Shown here one piece after another: positions 46,445 to 57,330 of a stretch of DNA of 60,573 nt (positions are counted from its first letter, which is position 1; each line of letters opens with the position of its first letter). Made by a program: the position numbers and the translations under genes. The notes below the pieces were generated by a model. It was not told the origin of the DNA, did not search any database, and worked only from the letters and a program-made list of their open reading frames with translations. Source of the DNA: Rickettsiales bacterium (GTDB lineage Bacteria > Pseudomonadota > Alphaproteobacteria > Methylaequorales > Methylaequoraceae); contig NZFP01000019.1 in NCBI GenBank assembly GCA_002689325.1, positions 1-60,573 of the forward strand, in the 5' to 3' direction.

Positions 46445-48220
46445 ATGAGTTATTTTAGATCACATAACTGCGGTGAATTATCAGTTCAGGACATAGATAA
46501 AAAAGTTTTCGTTTCAGGGTGGATTAATAAAAAAAGAGACCATGGTGGCGTTCTTTTTATAGATCTCAGAGATTATTTTGGAATGACACAATGTGTTGTT
46601 AATTCCGACAATAAGATGTTTTCAGAATTAGAAACCCTAAAACTTGAAAGTGTTATAAAAATTACAGGAAAAGTTGTTAAAAGGTCATTAGATACAATTA
46701 ACAAAAATCTTCCTACAGGTGAGATTGAAATTTTATCTGAAAAAATTGAAATCTTAAATGAGTCAGAACAAATACCTTTCCAAGTGGCAATGGAAGATGA
46801 TTCACCTGAGGAACTTAGACTTAAATATAGATACCTAGATCTAAGAAGAGAAAAAAATAAAAAAAATATAATTTTACGATCAAAAATAATTAATAGCCTA
46901 AGATCTAAAATGATAAGTAGAGGGTTTTTGGAAATTCAAACACCTATTTTAACATCCTCTTCACCTGAGGGTGCAAGAGACTTTTTGGTTCCTAGTAGAC
47001 TTCATAACGGAAAATTTTATGCTTTACCTCAAGCACCCCAAATTTTTAAGCAACTTTTGATGGTATCAAGTTTTGACAAATACTTTCAAATTGCACCCTG
47101 CTTCAGAGACGAAGATGCGAGAGCAGATAGGTCTCCTGGAGAGTTTTATCAACTAGATTTTGAGATGTCTTTTGCAGAACAAGAGGATATTTTTAATGAA
47201 ATCGAACCAGTGTTGTTTGAAGTTTTCAAAGAGAACTCAAACTTTGAGGTTTCAACTCCACCTTTCAAAAGAATTAAATATTCAGATTCAATGGAGAGGT
47301 ATGGTACTGATAAACCTGATCTAAGAAACCCATTAATAATATCAGATGTTACTAAATGTTTTAGAAGTTCTGGTTTTAAAATTTTTGAGTTAAATATTGA
47401 GAAGGGCTGTGTTGTAAAAGCAATAAAAGCACCTAATTCAAGTTCAAAACCAAGAGCGTGGTTTGATAAACTAAATGACTGGGCTAGAAAAGATGAGGGT
47501 CAGAAAGGTTTAGGTTATGTCATTTTAGAAGATAATGATTTTAAAGGTCCAATCTCCAACAACATGAATAAAGAAAACCTTGAGTCTTTAAAAAAAGAAA
47601 TTGATCTGAAAAATGGTGAAACTGTGTTTTTTATATGTGATGAAAAATCTAATGCAACTAAATTTTCTGCCCTTGTTAGAACCAAAATTTGTAATGAGTT
47701 GCAAATATTAGAAAAAAATAAGTTTAAATTTTGTTGGATTGTAGATTATCCAATGTACGAGCTAGATCCTGTTACAAAAAAAATAGACTTCAGTCACAAC
47801 CCTTTCTCAATGCCTCAAGGAGGAATGCAAGCTCTTTTAGAAAAAAACCCACTTGAAATACTGGCCTGGCAATTTGATATAGTCTGTAACGGCATAGAAC
47901 TGTCATCTGGAGCTATCAGAAATCATAAGAGAGATATTATGGTCAAGGCTTTTGAAATAGCTGGGTACTCGGAGAAAGAATTAAAAGAAAGGTTTAGCTC
48001 CTTATTTAATGCTTTCAAGTTTGGTGCTCCCCCACATGGAGGTTCTGCTCCAGGTATAGATAGAATTATCATGTTGATATCAGGTGAAGAAAATCTCAGA
48101 GAAATAGTAGCATTTCCAATGAATCAGCAAGCTGAGGATTTAATGATGAGTTCGCCAAACATAGTTAATGAAACTCAACTTCGTGACTTGGGTCTTCAGT
48201 TGAAGAAAAAAAAAAAATAA
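46445..48220 (+). CDS. aspS: aspartyl-tRNA synthetase
   Basis: OB-fold N-domain, class II motifs (FRDEDARADR, GIELSSGAIRNH, GAPPHGGSAPGIDR). Confidence 0.97.
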   Translation: MSYFRSHNCGELSVQDIDKKVFVSGWINKKRDHGGVLFIDLRDYFGMTQCVVNSDNKMFSELETLKLESVIKITGKVVKRSLDTINKNLPTGEIEILSEKIEILNESEQIPFQVAMEDDSPEELRLKYRYLDLRREKNKKNIILRSKIINSLRSKMISRGFLEIQTPILTSSSPEGARDFLVPSRLHNGKFYALPQAPQIFKQLLMVSSFDKYFQIAPCFRDEDARADRSPGEFYQLDFEMSFAEQEDIFNEIEPVLFEVFKENSNFEVSTPPFKRIKYSDSMERYGTDKPDLRNPLIISDVTKCFRSSGFKIFELNIEKGCVVKAIKAPNSSSKPRAWFDKLNDWARKDEGQKGLGYVILEDNDFKGPISNNMNKENLESLKKEIDLKNGETVFFICDEKSNATKFSALVRTKICNELQILEKNKFKFCWIVDYPMYELDPVTKKIDFSHNPFSMPQGGMQALLEKNPLEILAWQFDIVCNGIELSSGAIRNHKRDIMVKAFEIAGYSEKELKERFSSLFNAFKFGAPPHGGSAPGIDRIIMLISGEENLREIVAFPMNQQAEDLMMSSPNIVNETQLRDLGLQLKKKKK

Positions 48221-48388
48221 TTATTTAATTTTTTGTTCTTTGAAAACGACGTGCTTTCTTACTTTAGGGTCGTATTTTTTAAGCTCTAATTTTTCAGTTT
48301 TGAGTTTAGGATTTTTGAATTTTACATAAAAATAACCCGTATCTGCAGTGCTAACCATTTTAACCTGTATGGTATTAGATTTTGCCAT
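48221..48388 (-). CDS. rpmG: 50S ribosomal protein L33 (55 aa, absent from the ORF track)
   Basis: Hand translation is [55 protein letters not shown], which fits the L33 pattern (S.A.TG.FY...KN......KLEL.KYDP..RKHV.FKE.KIK). Its stop abuts the aspS stop with zero spacer. Confidence 0.9.
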   Translation of the reverse strand: MAKSNTIQVKMVSTADTGYFYVKFKNPKLKTEKLELKKYDPKVRKHVVFKEQKIK

Positions 48389-48430
48389 ATTGGTTTTATA
48401 TAATTTTAAATTAATCTGTCAAGGTTATCT

Positions 48431-48781
48431 TTATCTATCTTTCACAAAAATCTGAAAGGCTAAAAATGCACCTTTTATTTTTGGAAGAAGCCAAAGCGTA
48501 AGTGTTATTGTAATCAGCGGCCATATGATCATTTGGATCAAAGTAGGTGGACTAAAGTTCTTTTCAGTTAGTAATATAAGTGGAATTAAAATATGCCCTA
48601 CTATAAAAATTGTACAGTAAGCAGGACCATCATCAGATTTATATTCAGAAAAATTTATTCCACATTTAGAACATTTTTTATGAGTCTTTACATATCTTGA
48701 AAAAATAGGGAACAACCCACAATTAGGACATTTTTTTGCAAAACCTCTTCTCAAAAATTTTAATTTACTTTTGTGCATCAT
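48431..48781 (-). CDS. DUF983-like zinc-ribbon membrane protein
   Basis: CPNCG...CSKCG zinc ribbon followed by DDGPAYCTIFIVGHILIPLIL, the DUF983 signature. Confidence 0.65.
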   Translation of the reverse strand: MMHKSKLKFLRRGFAKKCPNCGLFPIFSRYVKTHKKCSKCGINFSEYKSDDGPAYCTIFIVGHILIPLILLTEKNFSPPTLIQMIIWPLITITLTLWLLPKIKGAFLAFQIFVKDR

Positions 48782-50240
48782 TACCTAGTTTTTTTACCTT
48801 AAATAGTAGAATCTTACCATTTCGATTATTGATTCTTTTTATTTTAAATTTAACTATTTGTCCAAGCTTATATTTGTGTTTATTTTTTTCTTCATATTTA
48901 CTGTCAAAAGTTCTGCTATATCTAGCCAATCCTGAAAATGGAAAGTTTATTGCTTTAATAAAAACTCCAAAACTTTCAACAGAATCAATAAATCCGTTAA
49001 ATTCATAATTTCTAAATTTATTTAAATGATAACTTGATGCCACATCAAATATCATTCTCTCAATAGAATCTGCTTTTTTTTCTTGGTTGTTAAGATGGTC
49101 TGTAAATTCAATTCGCGAATTTTTTTTTTTCAAAAAATAGCAGTCAATTAGGTCTCTGTGTACTACAAGATCTGAGTACCTCCTAATTGGTGATGTAAAA
49201 TGGACGTAATAATCAAGTGAAAGACCAAAATGCCCTTTATTTTCAGTGCCATAAAATGCTCTTGACTGTGACTTAAGCAACATATCGTTTAGAAAACTTA
49301 TCTTATTTTCTTTTAGAATCTCTATAATTTTATTAAAATCATGCTGTGAATTAAAGGAACCAGAATGATTGAGATTATATTCTGATATTATCTCTTTAAG
49401 TATTTTTGTTTTTTCATTAGGAGGTTTTTCATGATTTCTGAAAACAGATTTTATATTGTTAATTTTTAAATAATGACCGACTATTGTATTCGCAAGAACC
49501 ATAAACTCTTCAATAAGTTTATATGATTCCAATTTTTTTTTTTTAATTAGATTAATTTCTTTTTTGTTATTAGTTTGGACAACATATTCATCAGGATCAA
49601 AAGAAATTTTATTTCTTTTTTTTGAGTTTTCCTGAAGAACCTTGAAGGTGTTAAAGAGGTTTAAGATAATTGGAAAAAGCTTATTGTTTTTATTTTTTTC
49701 TAAAAAAATATTTTCAGCTTCTTGGTAGGTTAATCTAGCAATGGATTTAATTACTGCTCTGTAGAATTTAAATTTTTTTATTTTTTCATCTTCAAGATCA
49801 ATCTCTAAAACTACACTCTTTCTTTTTTTTTGTGGAACTAGAGAACATAAATTATTAGAGAGTTCTTCGGGTAACATTGGTATTACTTTATTTGGAAAGT
49901 AAAAAGAATTCCCTCTTTTTTTTGCTTCAATATCAATTAAATCACCCTTTTCCACATAAAAACTGACGTCAGCAATAGCTATCATTATTTTTGTTTTTTT
50001 TTTATTACATTCTGACCAAACAGCGTCATCAAAATCTTTGCTATCCTCACCATCAATTGTAACAAAGGGAATATTAGTTAAATCTGAATGTTGAGTAGAG
50101 TTTTTATACTTTAAATTTTTAGAATGCTTATTTAAAGCTTTTGAAAACCCTTGCCTCAAACCATTAAATTTAATCTCATTTTCAACTATGTCGGATAAGG
50201 TGACTTCTTTAATTTTTTTTCTTTGTCTTTTTCTTTTCAT
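48765..50240 (-). CDS. rnr: RNase II/R-family exoribonuclease, short form (RNB + S1, no N-terminal cold-shock domains)
   Basis: The RNB motif FVTIDGEDSKDFDDAV begins about 60 aa from the start, followed by ...HFGLSLDYYVHFTSPIRRYSDLVVHR and a C-terminal S1-like FNGFIDSVESFGVFIKA. It lies downstream of topA. Confidence 0.85.
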   Translation of the reverse strand: MKRKRQRKKIKEVTLSDIVENEIKFNGLRQGFSKALNKHSKNLKYKNSTQHSDLTNIPFVTIDGEDSKDFDDAVWSECNKKKTKIMIAIADVSFYVEKGDLIDIEAKKRGNSFYFPNKVIPMLPEELSNNLCSLVPQKKRKSVVLEIDLEDEKIKKFKFYRAVIKSIARLTYQEAENIFLEKNKNNKLFPIILNLFNTFKVLQENSKKRNKISFDPDEYVVQTNNKKEINLIKKKKLESYKLIEEFMVLANTIVGHYLKINNIKSVFRNHEKPPNEKTKILKEIISEYNLNHSGSFNSQHDFNKIIEILKENKISFLNDMLLKSQSRAFYGTENKGHFGLSLDYYVHFTSPIRRYSDLVVHRDLIDCYFLKKKNSRIEFTDHLNNQEKKADSIERMIFDVASSYHLNKFRNYEFNGFIDSVESFGVFIKAINFPFSGLARYSRTFDSKYEEKNKHKYKLGQIVKFKIKRINNRNGKILLFKVKKLGNDAQK

Positions 50241-52656
50241 CAATTATTTTTACAGCATCAGATATAGTGATTGTTTTTTCACTTAGTTCTGGTGGAATAG
50301 GGTAATTTTTTTTGTTATATGATAAATAGTCTGATCTACCTTTAATTCCTTTTTTTCTAAAAATTTTAGATTTTGTTTCTGGATATTCCCCAATTAAAAT
50401 TTCCCTTTTTTCTGATGCTTTTTTTGCTATTAGCTCAACTGCTCTATTGATTCCAATAGTTGTTACATCATCCTCTTTTAATGATAAAAATTTGTTATCA
50501 TGTTTTAGGTAAGGTCCATAAGGACCAATTGAAGCAATTATATCTTTTTTAGTTTCAGGATGTATACCCACAATTCTTGGTAATGACAAAAACTTGAGTG
50601 CTTTGTCCAAGTCTATCTCTTCATTTTTTAGATTTTTAGGTATACTTGTTCTTTTTATTTTATTTTCTAAATTTTCAGTTTCTAAATATCTTCCATATCT
50701 TCCAACCTTAAGGAAAACTTTATTTTTGGTTTCAGGGTTTACACCTATTTCTTTTCCATCTCCTGACAGTTCTTTGTTATCTTCATCAGAACCTATTGCA
50801 TGACTATATCCACAACCACTTCCATCTTTGTTATAGTTAGTACATCCAATAAATGGTCCAGTAAATGCAAACTTTATAATTAAGTTCCCATCTTTACACT
50901 TTGGACATTTATTTTCTTTAAGAATTTCGGGAGATAAAGAACTAATTTTTTCAATAACCTCTGAAATACTTGTATTTTCAACATTATTTACAGTTTTATT
51001 TAAAATTTCTAAAAAATTGTTTAATATTTCTTTCCAAGAAAGTTTAGATTCAGTTACAAGGTCAAGCTGTTCTTCAAGGTTTGCTGTGAACTGATAATCA
51101 ACAAATTGGTTAAAAAAGCTATCGAAAAATTTTGATAATATTTTTCCTTTAGACGTGGGTATCAAAGATTTATTTTTAATAGTTATATAGTTTCTATCTT
51201 CTAATTTAGTAAATATAGATACATATGTTGAAGGTCTTCCGATTCCAAGTTCCTCAAGTTTTTTTACAAGACCAGCTTCTGAATATCTATTGGGTGGTTT
51301 TGTAAAGTTTTGTTTGATATCGATGTTATATTGATCAAGTTTTGTATTTTGTGGAAGTTCAGGAAGAGTTTGAATTTCATTATCTTTTTCGGAAAAGTTG
51401 TAAACTTTTTTGAACCCACTAAACTTTTCAATAGAACCAGAGGCTTTTAGTAAAAAGTTCTCACTCTTAATATAATAAGTAGTTTCAAGATTGATACTCG
51501 GCGACATTTGTGAAGCTAAAGTTCTTTTCCATATCAAATCGTAAAGCTTAAATTGATTTTCGTTAAGTTTATTCTTAATGTCTAAAGGTTTTATTTCTAA
51601 TTGTGTTGGTGTGACAGCTTCATGTCCCTGCTGAACAAACTTTGACCTTTCTTTATATTCTATTGGTTTGTCAGAAAGAAAATTAGATCCAAGGTCACTT
51701 TCAATAATTTTTCTTAATTTTTCAATTTCACTTTTCTTCATTTTATTAGAATCTGATCTATGATAAGTAATTAAAGCTCCCAGTGAACTTACTCCGTCTT
51801 TTAATTCTTGTGCAATTGAATTAGTCATTTTTGGACTAAATCCTAATTTGGAGGAAGCATCTTGAAGTAGTAAAGAATTAGAGAATGGAGAATAGGGATT
51901 TCTTCTTTTTTCTCTTTTGTTGACTGAATGAAGTGTAAAGTTTTCTTTTTTCAAGCTTTCTTGCAAATCTGTAGCTTTTTTTTCATTGCTTATAATAAAT
52001 TTATCAAATTTTTTCTGCCCTTGACTGACTATAGTGCACTCAATTTTATTTTTTTTTTCATCTTTTAATTCAATATTTACATCCCAAAATTCCTTAGAAA
52101 TAAAAACATCAATTTCTTTTTCCTTTTCACATAAAATTTTTAGTGCTGGAGATTGAACTCTTCCAGCTGAGGAACCAAATATAGTTCGTCTTTTTGTGAT
52201 AGGAGAAATTTTGTAACCAAAGAATCTATCTAAGAACCTTCTTGTAATTGCTGCGTTAACGAGATTTTGATTAATTTCTCTCGGATTATTTATAGCTGAT
52301 AAAATATCTTCTTTTCTTACAGCCGGAAATTCAATTCTTTTAAATTGCTTTCCATCGACTAATTTTTTTTCTCTACAAATTTCTATGAGATGCCATGCTA
52401 TTAATTCCCCCTCTCTATCTGGGTCAAGAGCAAGGTATATTTCATCTGACTTTCTTATTGACTTAATAATAGGATCAATTTTTTTTTTATCTATCTCCCA
52501 GTCTTTTACAAAATAGTCATTTTTTTCATCTATACCAATTCCACTTTTTGGAAGATCTCTAAAGTGACCAATGCTTGCAACTACTTGGAAAGTATCATCT
52601 AAATAATTTTTAATTGTCTTTGCTTTAGCAGGAGACTCAACGACTAAAAGTTTCAT
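50209..52656 (-). CDS. topA: DNA topoisomerase I
   Basis: TOPRIM MKLLVVESPAKAKTI..., active-site region ITYHRSDS and a C-terminal Zn-ribbon (CPKCKDGNL...GC). ATG 52656 is preferred to TTG 52662. Confidence 0.97.
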   Translation of the reverse strand: MKLLVVESPAKAKTIKNYLDDTFQVVASIGHFRDLPKSGIGIDEKNDYFVKDWEIDKKKIDPIIKSIRKSDEIYLALDPDREGELIAWHLIEICREKKLVDGKQFKRIEFPAVRKEDILSAINNPREINQNLVNAAITRRFLDRFFGYKISPITKRRTIFGSSAGRVQSPALKILCEKEKEIDVFISKEFWDVNIELKDEKKNKIECTIVSQGQKKFDKFIISNEKKATDLQESLKKENFTLHSVNKREKRRNPYSPFSNSLLLQDASSKLGFSPKMTNSIAQELKDGVSSLGALITYHRSDSNKMKKSEIEKLRKIIESDLGSNFLSDKPIEYKERSKFVQQGHEAVTPTQLEIKPLDIKNKLNENQFKLYDLIWKRTLASQMSPSINLETTYYIKSENFLLKASGSIEKFSGFKKVYNFSEKDNEIQTLPELPQNTKLDQYNIDIKQNFTKPPNRYSEAGLVKKLEELGIGRPSTYVSIFTKLEDRNYITIKNKSLIPTSKGKILSKFFDSFFNQFVDYQFTANLEEQLDLVTESKLSWKEILNNFLEILNKTVNNVENTSISEVIEKISSLSPEILKENKCPKCKDGNLIIKFAFTGPFIGCTNYNKDGSGCGYSHAIGSDEDNKELSGDGKEIGVNPETKNKVFLKVGRYGRYLETENLENKIKRTSIPKNLKNEEIDLDKALKFLSLPRIVGIHPETKKDIIASIGPYGPYLKHDNKFLSLKEDDVTTIGINRAVELIAKKASEKREILIGEYPETKSKIFRKKGIKGRSDYLSYNKKNYPIPPELSEKTITISDAVKIIDEKKKTKKKN

Positions 52657-52690
52657 AATCAAAAATTTTTATAATTTAAAGGAACAAAAG

Positions 52691-53281
52691 TCAAAATTTA
52701 ATTTTTTTTTTTAAAATTATCTTTGTTTCTTTACCAGCTAATAATCTTTGAATATTTGAAGAGTGTTTGATGAGAATTAAAAAACTAATAATGACGAAAT
52801 AAACATAATTTGAGTCAATAACAATTGTTGATAACATATTAATAACTAATGCAATGATAGCAGCGAGTGATGAATATTTAAAAATCAATGCACATGCTAA
52901 CCATGTAAAGCAAAATAAAACAAAAAGCTGAAAATTGTAACCTAATAAAACACCTATAAATGTTGCTACTCCCTTACCACCTTTAAATTTTAACCATATT
53001 GGAAAAATATGCCCAATGACTACAAAAATTATTGATAAACCAATTAAATCACTATTTAAAATTAGAGTAATTTTTATCGCCATAAAGCCTTTTAAAATAT
53101 CCAGTATTAGTGTCATTAGCCCCAGTTTTAATCCTCCTGTTCTTAACACATTTGTTGCACCAATATTTTTCGATCCAATGTTTCGAGGGTCATTTGTTTT
53201 AAAAAAATATGAAATGAGTAGACCAAATGGAATAGAACCACAAATGTAAGAAAACAAAATTATAAAGAAATCATAACTCAT
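52691..53281 (-). CDS. plsY: glycerol-3-phosphate acyltransferase PlsY
   Basis: GSKNIGATNVLRTGG and FKGGKGVATF motifs. Confidence 0.92.
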   Translation of the reverse strand: MSYDFFIILFSYICGSIPFGLLISYFFKTNDPRNIGSKNIGATNVLRTGGLKLGLMTLILDILKGFMAIKITLILNSDLIGLSIIFVVIGHIFPIWLKFKGGKGVATFIGVLLGYNFQLFVLFCFTWLACALIFKYSSLAAIIALVINMLSTIVIDSNYVYFVIISFLILIKHSSNIQRLLAGKETKIILKKKIKF

Positions 53282-54593
53282 AAACTAGCCTGCCGCGAAC
53301 AAAGGTCATTAAGTTTTTTCCTTCAACAAGCATTCCGTCAAAAGGTGAGTTTTTTGATTTTCCATGAAATTTTTCTGGATTTACTTTCCACGGTTTTGAA
53401 GTTGAAAATATACAAAGATCAGCCTCTTTTTTTTTTTCAATTCTTCCAATATCTAATTTTAAGATTTTTGATGGATTAATTGTTATCAAACTTATAGCTT
53501 TTATAAGGTCGATCTTTTTGTTATTTACAAGACTTAAAGTGAGTGGTAATAAAGTTTCGAGACCGACACCACCAAACTCTGCTTGGTTAAAAGGTATTCT
53601 CTTTGCATCTTGATCTTGAGGGGTGTGGTCAGACGAAATCGCATCGATAGTTCCATCACAAATTCCCTCAACTATACTTTTTCTATCCTCTTCAGTTCGA
53701 AGAGGAGGGGAGAGCTTTGAAAAAGTTCTATAATTTTCTAAAGAAAGTTCATTAAGAATGAAATAAGGTGGGGAAGTATCACAAGTGACAGGTAAGCCCT
53801 CTTTTTTTGCCTTTCTTATTATCTCAACGGTTTCTTTTGTGGAGATATGGCTCACATGATACCTACAGTTAGTATCTTTAACCATCCATAAATCTCTTTG
53901 TACAATCATTGCTTCAGCATAGCTGGGTATTCCTAATAAACCCATCCTTGTCGAGATTTCCCCTTCATTTGCCACACCATTGCCTTTTAAGAAAGGGTCT
54001 TCAGCATGTTGAATTATTAATCCATCAAAAGATTTTGCATAATTCAATGCTCTTCTCATTACTCTAGTATTAGAAATTGTTTTATATCCATCAGTAAAAC
54101 CGACAGCTCCAGATTCTTTCATAAGATGAAGTTCACAAATTTCATTTCCTTCAAAATTTCTTGTAATGCATCCAGTACAAAATATTTTACTAAGGGCAAC
54201 TTCCCGAGCTTTTCTCTGAATACTATGAATTATAGCTGGTTGATCGATTGGTGGGGTGGTGTTTGGCATACATATAATTGATGTTATACCACCGCTTGCA
54301 GCAGCCTTTGATGCGCTTTCAATTGTTTCTTTATGCTCCAATCCAGGTTCAGTGATATTAACCCTCATGTCAACTAAACCTGGAGCTACGTACCTATCTT
54401 TGCATTCAATAATAATAGCTTTAGAGTCGATCTTGTTAGTTAAATTTTTACCAATATCCTCAATAACTTTATCTTTAATGTAAATGTCGTTTTTTAATAT
54501 TTTATTTTTTACATTATCTATTACTAAGCAATTTTTTAGCAGATAACTTTGAGATGACTTTTTATTGCTATTAAAATTTTTCTTATCTTCCAT
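53271..54593 (-). CDS. pyrC: dihydroorotase-like protein lacking the HxH metal ligands (PyrC'-type, probably non-catalytic ATCase partner)
   Basis: Type I DHOase-like throughout ([31 protein letters not shown]). Where active enzymes have D-x-H-x-H it reads DMRVN (54357-54371). It overlaps the pyrB stop by 11 nt (ATG 54593) or 29 nt (TTG 54611). Confidence 0.8.
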   Translation of the reverse strand: MEDKKNFNSNKKSSQSYLLKNCLVIDNVKNKILKNDIYIKDKVIEDIGKNLTNKIDSKAIIIECKDRYVAPGLVDMRVNITEPGLEHKETIESASKAAASGGITSIICMPNTTPPIDQPAIIHSIQRKAREVALSKIFCTGCITRNFEGNEICELHLMKESGAVGFTDGYKTISNTRVMRRALNYAKSFDGLIIQHAEDPFLKGNGVANEGEISTRMGLLGIPSYAEAMIVQRDLWMVKDTNCRYHVSHISTKETVEIIRKAKKEGLPVTCDTSPPYFILNELSLENYRTFSKLSPPLRTEEDRKSIVEGICDGTIDAISSDHTPQDQDAKRIPFNQAEFGGVGLETLLPLTLSLVNNKKIDLIKAISLITINPSKILKLDIGRIEKKKEADLCIFSTSKPWKVNPEKFHGKSKNSPFDGMLVEGKNLMTFVRGRLVYEL

Positions 54594-55545
54594 TTTTTGC
54601 TTTATTTTCAACTATTGATTTTAAACATGCCATTCTTACAGCAACTCCCATTTGTACTTGTTCAAAGATTGCGGATCTATCTAAATCATCTGCTAGTTCA
54701 GAGTCAATCTCAACACCTCTATTCATTGGTCCGGGATGCAAAATTAAAGCATCAGGGTTAGCAAAGTTTAATTTTTCTCTATCAAGGCCATAGAACCTAA
54801 AATATTCCCTAATTGATGGAACAAATGAACCTGACATTCGCTCGAGTTGGAGTCTAAGCATAATTATAATGTCAACATTTTCTAGTCCATTTTTCATTTC
54901 ATAAAAAACTTTTACGCCTAAAGGTTCAATATCTTTTGGGATAAGAGTGGCCGGGCCTATCACACGAACTTCGGCTCCTAGAGTATTTAAGAGATGAATG
55001 TTTGAACGTGCTACTCTGCTATGCATTATGTCACCGCATATAGCTACTTTTAAACCAGAAATCCTTCCTTTTCTTTTTTTAATTGTCAGTGCATCAAGGA
55101 GAGCTTGAGTAGGATGCTCATGAGGTCCATCTCCTGCATTGATAACACCACAGTTTACTTTTTCCGCAAGTAACTTAACTGCTCCAGCATCTTGATGCCT
55201 AACTACTAATACGTCAGGCTGCATAGCATTTAACGTCATAGCGGTATCTATTAATGTTTCACCTTTTTTAATAGCGCTTGATGCAACAGATATGTTTAAC
55301 ATATCTGCACCTAATTTTTTCCCTGCTAATTCAAAGGAAGTTCTTGTTCTAGTTGAATTTTCAAAAAAAAGATTGATACAAATTTTATTTTTTAGATAAT
55401 TTAGTTTTTCACTATTTTCTTTATCCAGAAGCGTTGCAAAATGATCTGATAAGTCCAATAGATAATTTAAATCTGGTGGAGTTAATCCTTCGATGCCAAG
55501 AAGATGTTCATGAGGAAAGCTTTTTAATGATTCATTGTTTATCAT
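54583..55545 (-). CDS. pyrB: aspartate carbamoyltransferase catalytic subunit
   Basis: [21 protein letters not shown] and HPGPMNRG motifs. Confidence 0.96.
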   Translation of the reverse strand: MINNESLKSFPHEHLLGIEGLTPPDLNYLLDLSDHFATLLDKENSEKLNYLKNKICINLFFENSTRTRTSFELAGKKLGADMLNISVASSAIKKGETLIDTAMTLNAMQPDVLVVRHQDAGAVKLLAEKVNCGVINAGDGPHEHPTQALLDALTIKKRKGRISGLKVAICGDIMHSRVARSNIHLLNTLGAEVRVIGPATLIPKDIEPLGVKVFYEMKNGLENVDIIIMLRLQLERMSGSFVPSIREYFRFYGLDREKLNFANPDALILHPGPMNRGVEIDSELADDLDRSAIFEQVQMGVAVRMACLKSIVENKAKNGR

Positions 55546-55590
55546 TAAAAAGGCATACTAAACCTTTTAAAATTTTCTTCAAGAGGGTAT

Positions 55591-56814
55591 TTAAATAATA
55601 CCTTCTTCTTTTAATTTTTTAATTTCTGGAAGTGAGATTTTTAAAAATCTTTTCAGAAAACTTGTAGTGTCTTCACCTAAAGTTGGGGGAGTTTTTTTAT
55701 ATTTTATTTTTGATACTGAAAAATTCATAGGACTACCGATGATATTTATTTTTCCAGTTTTTGATTTTTTATGTTTCATAGTAATCTTCATTTTTCTTGA
55801 TTTCACTTGAGGGTCACTAAAAACTTGTTCAATATTATTTATTGGTCCACATGGAACATTTATTTTTGTTAGTCCCTGAACCCATTCTTTAATTGTTTTT
55901 TTTAAAATAGTTTTGTTAATAATTCTATTAAGTTCTTTTCGATTTTTTACTCTTGATGAATTATTTTTAAATTTAGAATTTTTATATAAATTTGACAAAT
56001 CAGCGAATTCACAGAAATTTTTAAATTGTCTGTCGTTAGCAATAGCTAAAACCATCAACCCATCTTTTGCTTTTACTGTTTGATATGGGACAATTGAAGG
56101 GTGATCGTTTCCAATTCTATCTGGAATTTTTCCTGATATTAAATAACTTTGCGCAACGTAACTCAACCATGAAACTTGAGAATCTAAAAGAGATATGTCT
56201 AAATGTTGACCCAATGATGTTTGATCTCTAAATCTTAAGGCTGATAGTATTGAAATAGTTGCATAAAGACCAGTTATGATATCTGAAACTCCGACTCCAA
56301 TTTTAGTTGGTAGACCTTTTTTTTCTCCCGTAATACTCATTATTCCTCCCATCGCTTGAACAAGATAGTCATAACCTCCTCTAGATGCATAGGGTCCATT
56401 TTGTCCAAAACCCGTTATTGAGCAATAAATTATTTTTGGGTTAATTTTTTTTATACTTTCATAGTCTAATCCATACTGTTTTAAATTTCCTGCTCTAAAG
56501 TTCTCAACTAGAACATCACATTTTTTGATAATTTTTTTTGCAAGAATTTGTCCTTTTTTTTTTGTTAGATCAATTGTTACGGAATGTTTATTACGATTAA
56601 CACTAAGATAATAAGCACTTTCTTTTGGCTCTGTAGCATTAGCATCCAGATATGGCGGACCAAGATTTCTTGAATCATCGCCTGTTATTGGTCTTTCCAC
56701 TTTGATAATATTTGCCCCCAAATCTCCTAAAATTTGAGTGGCTGTTGGTCCAGCTAAAACCCTCGTAAGATCGAATACGTTGATACCATGAAGTGATTCT
56801 TTTTTTTTAGTCAT
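55591..56814 (-). CDS. family III CoA-transferase (CaiB/BaiF/Frc family)
   Basis: N-terminal GINVFDLTRVLAGPTATQILGDLGANIIKVERP is the family signature. Substrate unknown. Confidence 0.85.
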   Translation of the reverse strand: MTKKKESLHGINVFDLTRVLAGPTATQILGDLGANIIKVERPITGDDSRNLGPPYLDANATEPKESAYYLSVNRNKHSVTIDLTKKKGQILAKKIIKKCDVLVENFRAGNLKQYGLDYESIKKINPKIIYCSITGFGQNGPYASRGGYDYLVQAMGGIMSITGEKKGLPTKIGVGVSDIITGLYATISILSALRFRDQTSLGQHLDISLLDSQVSWLSYVAQSYLISGKIPDRIGNDHPSIVPYQTVKAKDGLMVLAIANDRQFKNFCEFADLSNLYKNSKFKNNSSRVKNRKELNRIINKTILKKTIKEWVQGLTKINVPCGPINNIEQVFSDPQVKSRKMKITMKHKKSKTGKINIIGSPMNFSVSKIKYKKTPPTLGEDTTSFLKRFLKISLPEIKKLKEEGII

Positions 56815-57239
56815 AAATTTATATTTTCTCTAAAAAAATCATCTAAAATAATTTTTGCGGCAAATTTGTCTAGCTTTTGTTTTTGTTCTTTTGTATTTTT
56901 AAAAATATTTTTTGTTACTTCCTCAGCTTCAAAACTAGTATAGCTCTCGTCCCAAAAAAAAATAGGTAATTCATTATTTTTATTGCTTAAAAAATTATCA
57001 ACATTATTTGTAATATCTTCTATCATTTGACACGATTTATTTTTTTTTTCAGATTCCAATAAAGGGAGACCTATAAGAATTCCTCCTGCATTAAACTTTT
57101 GGATAGTTTCATATAGCTCAGTACAAATCTTTTTTCTAGGAAAAACATTTAGTGGTGTTACGATTAAATGATTTTGGTCTGAAATCGCACTTCCGATTTT
57201 ACTTTTTCCAATGTCTAAAGATATTATTCTTTTATTCAT
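56811..57239 (-). CDS. ruvX: putative pre-16S rRNA nuclease / Holliday junction resolvase-like RuvX (YqgF)
   Basis: MNKRIISLDIGKSKIGSAISD N-terminus and the ...WDESYTSFEAE motif. ATG 57239 is preferred to ATG 57278. Confidence 0.85.
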   Translation of the reverse strand: MNKRIISLDIGKSKIGSAISDQNHLIVTPLNVFPRKKICTELYETIQKFNAGGILIGLPLLESEKKNKSCQMIEDITNNVDNFLSNKNNELPIFFWDESYTSFEAEEVTKNIFKNTKEQKQKLDKFAAKIILDDFFRENINL

Positions 57240-57330
57240 TGTAAGTTTCAAAAACTCTTTTATATTGCGAATTAACATACCTAGTGTTATTTATACAATT
57301 ATTTAGAATAATTTTAACCAGAATTATACA

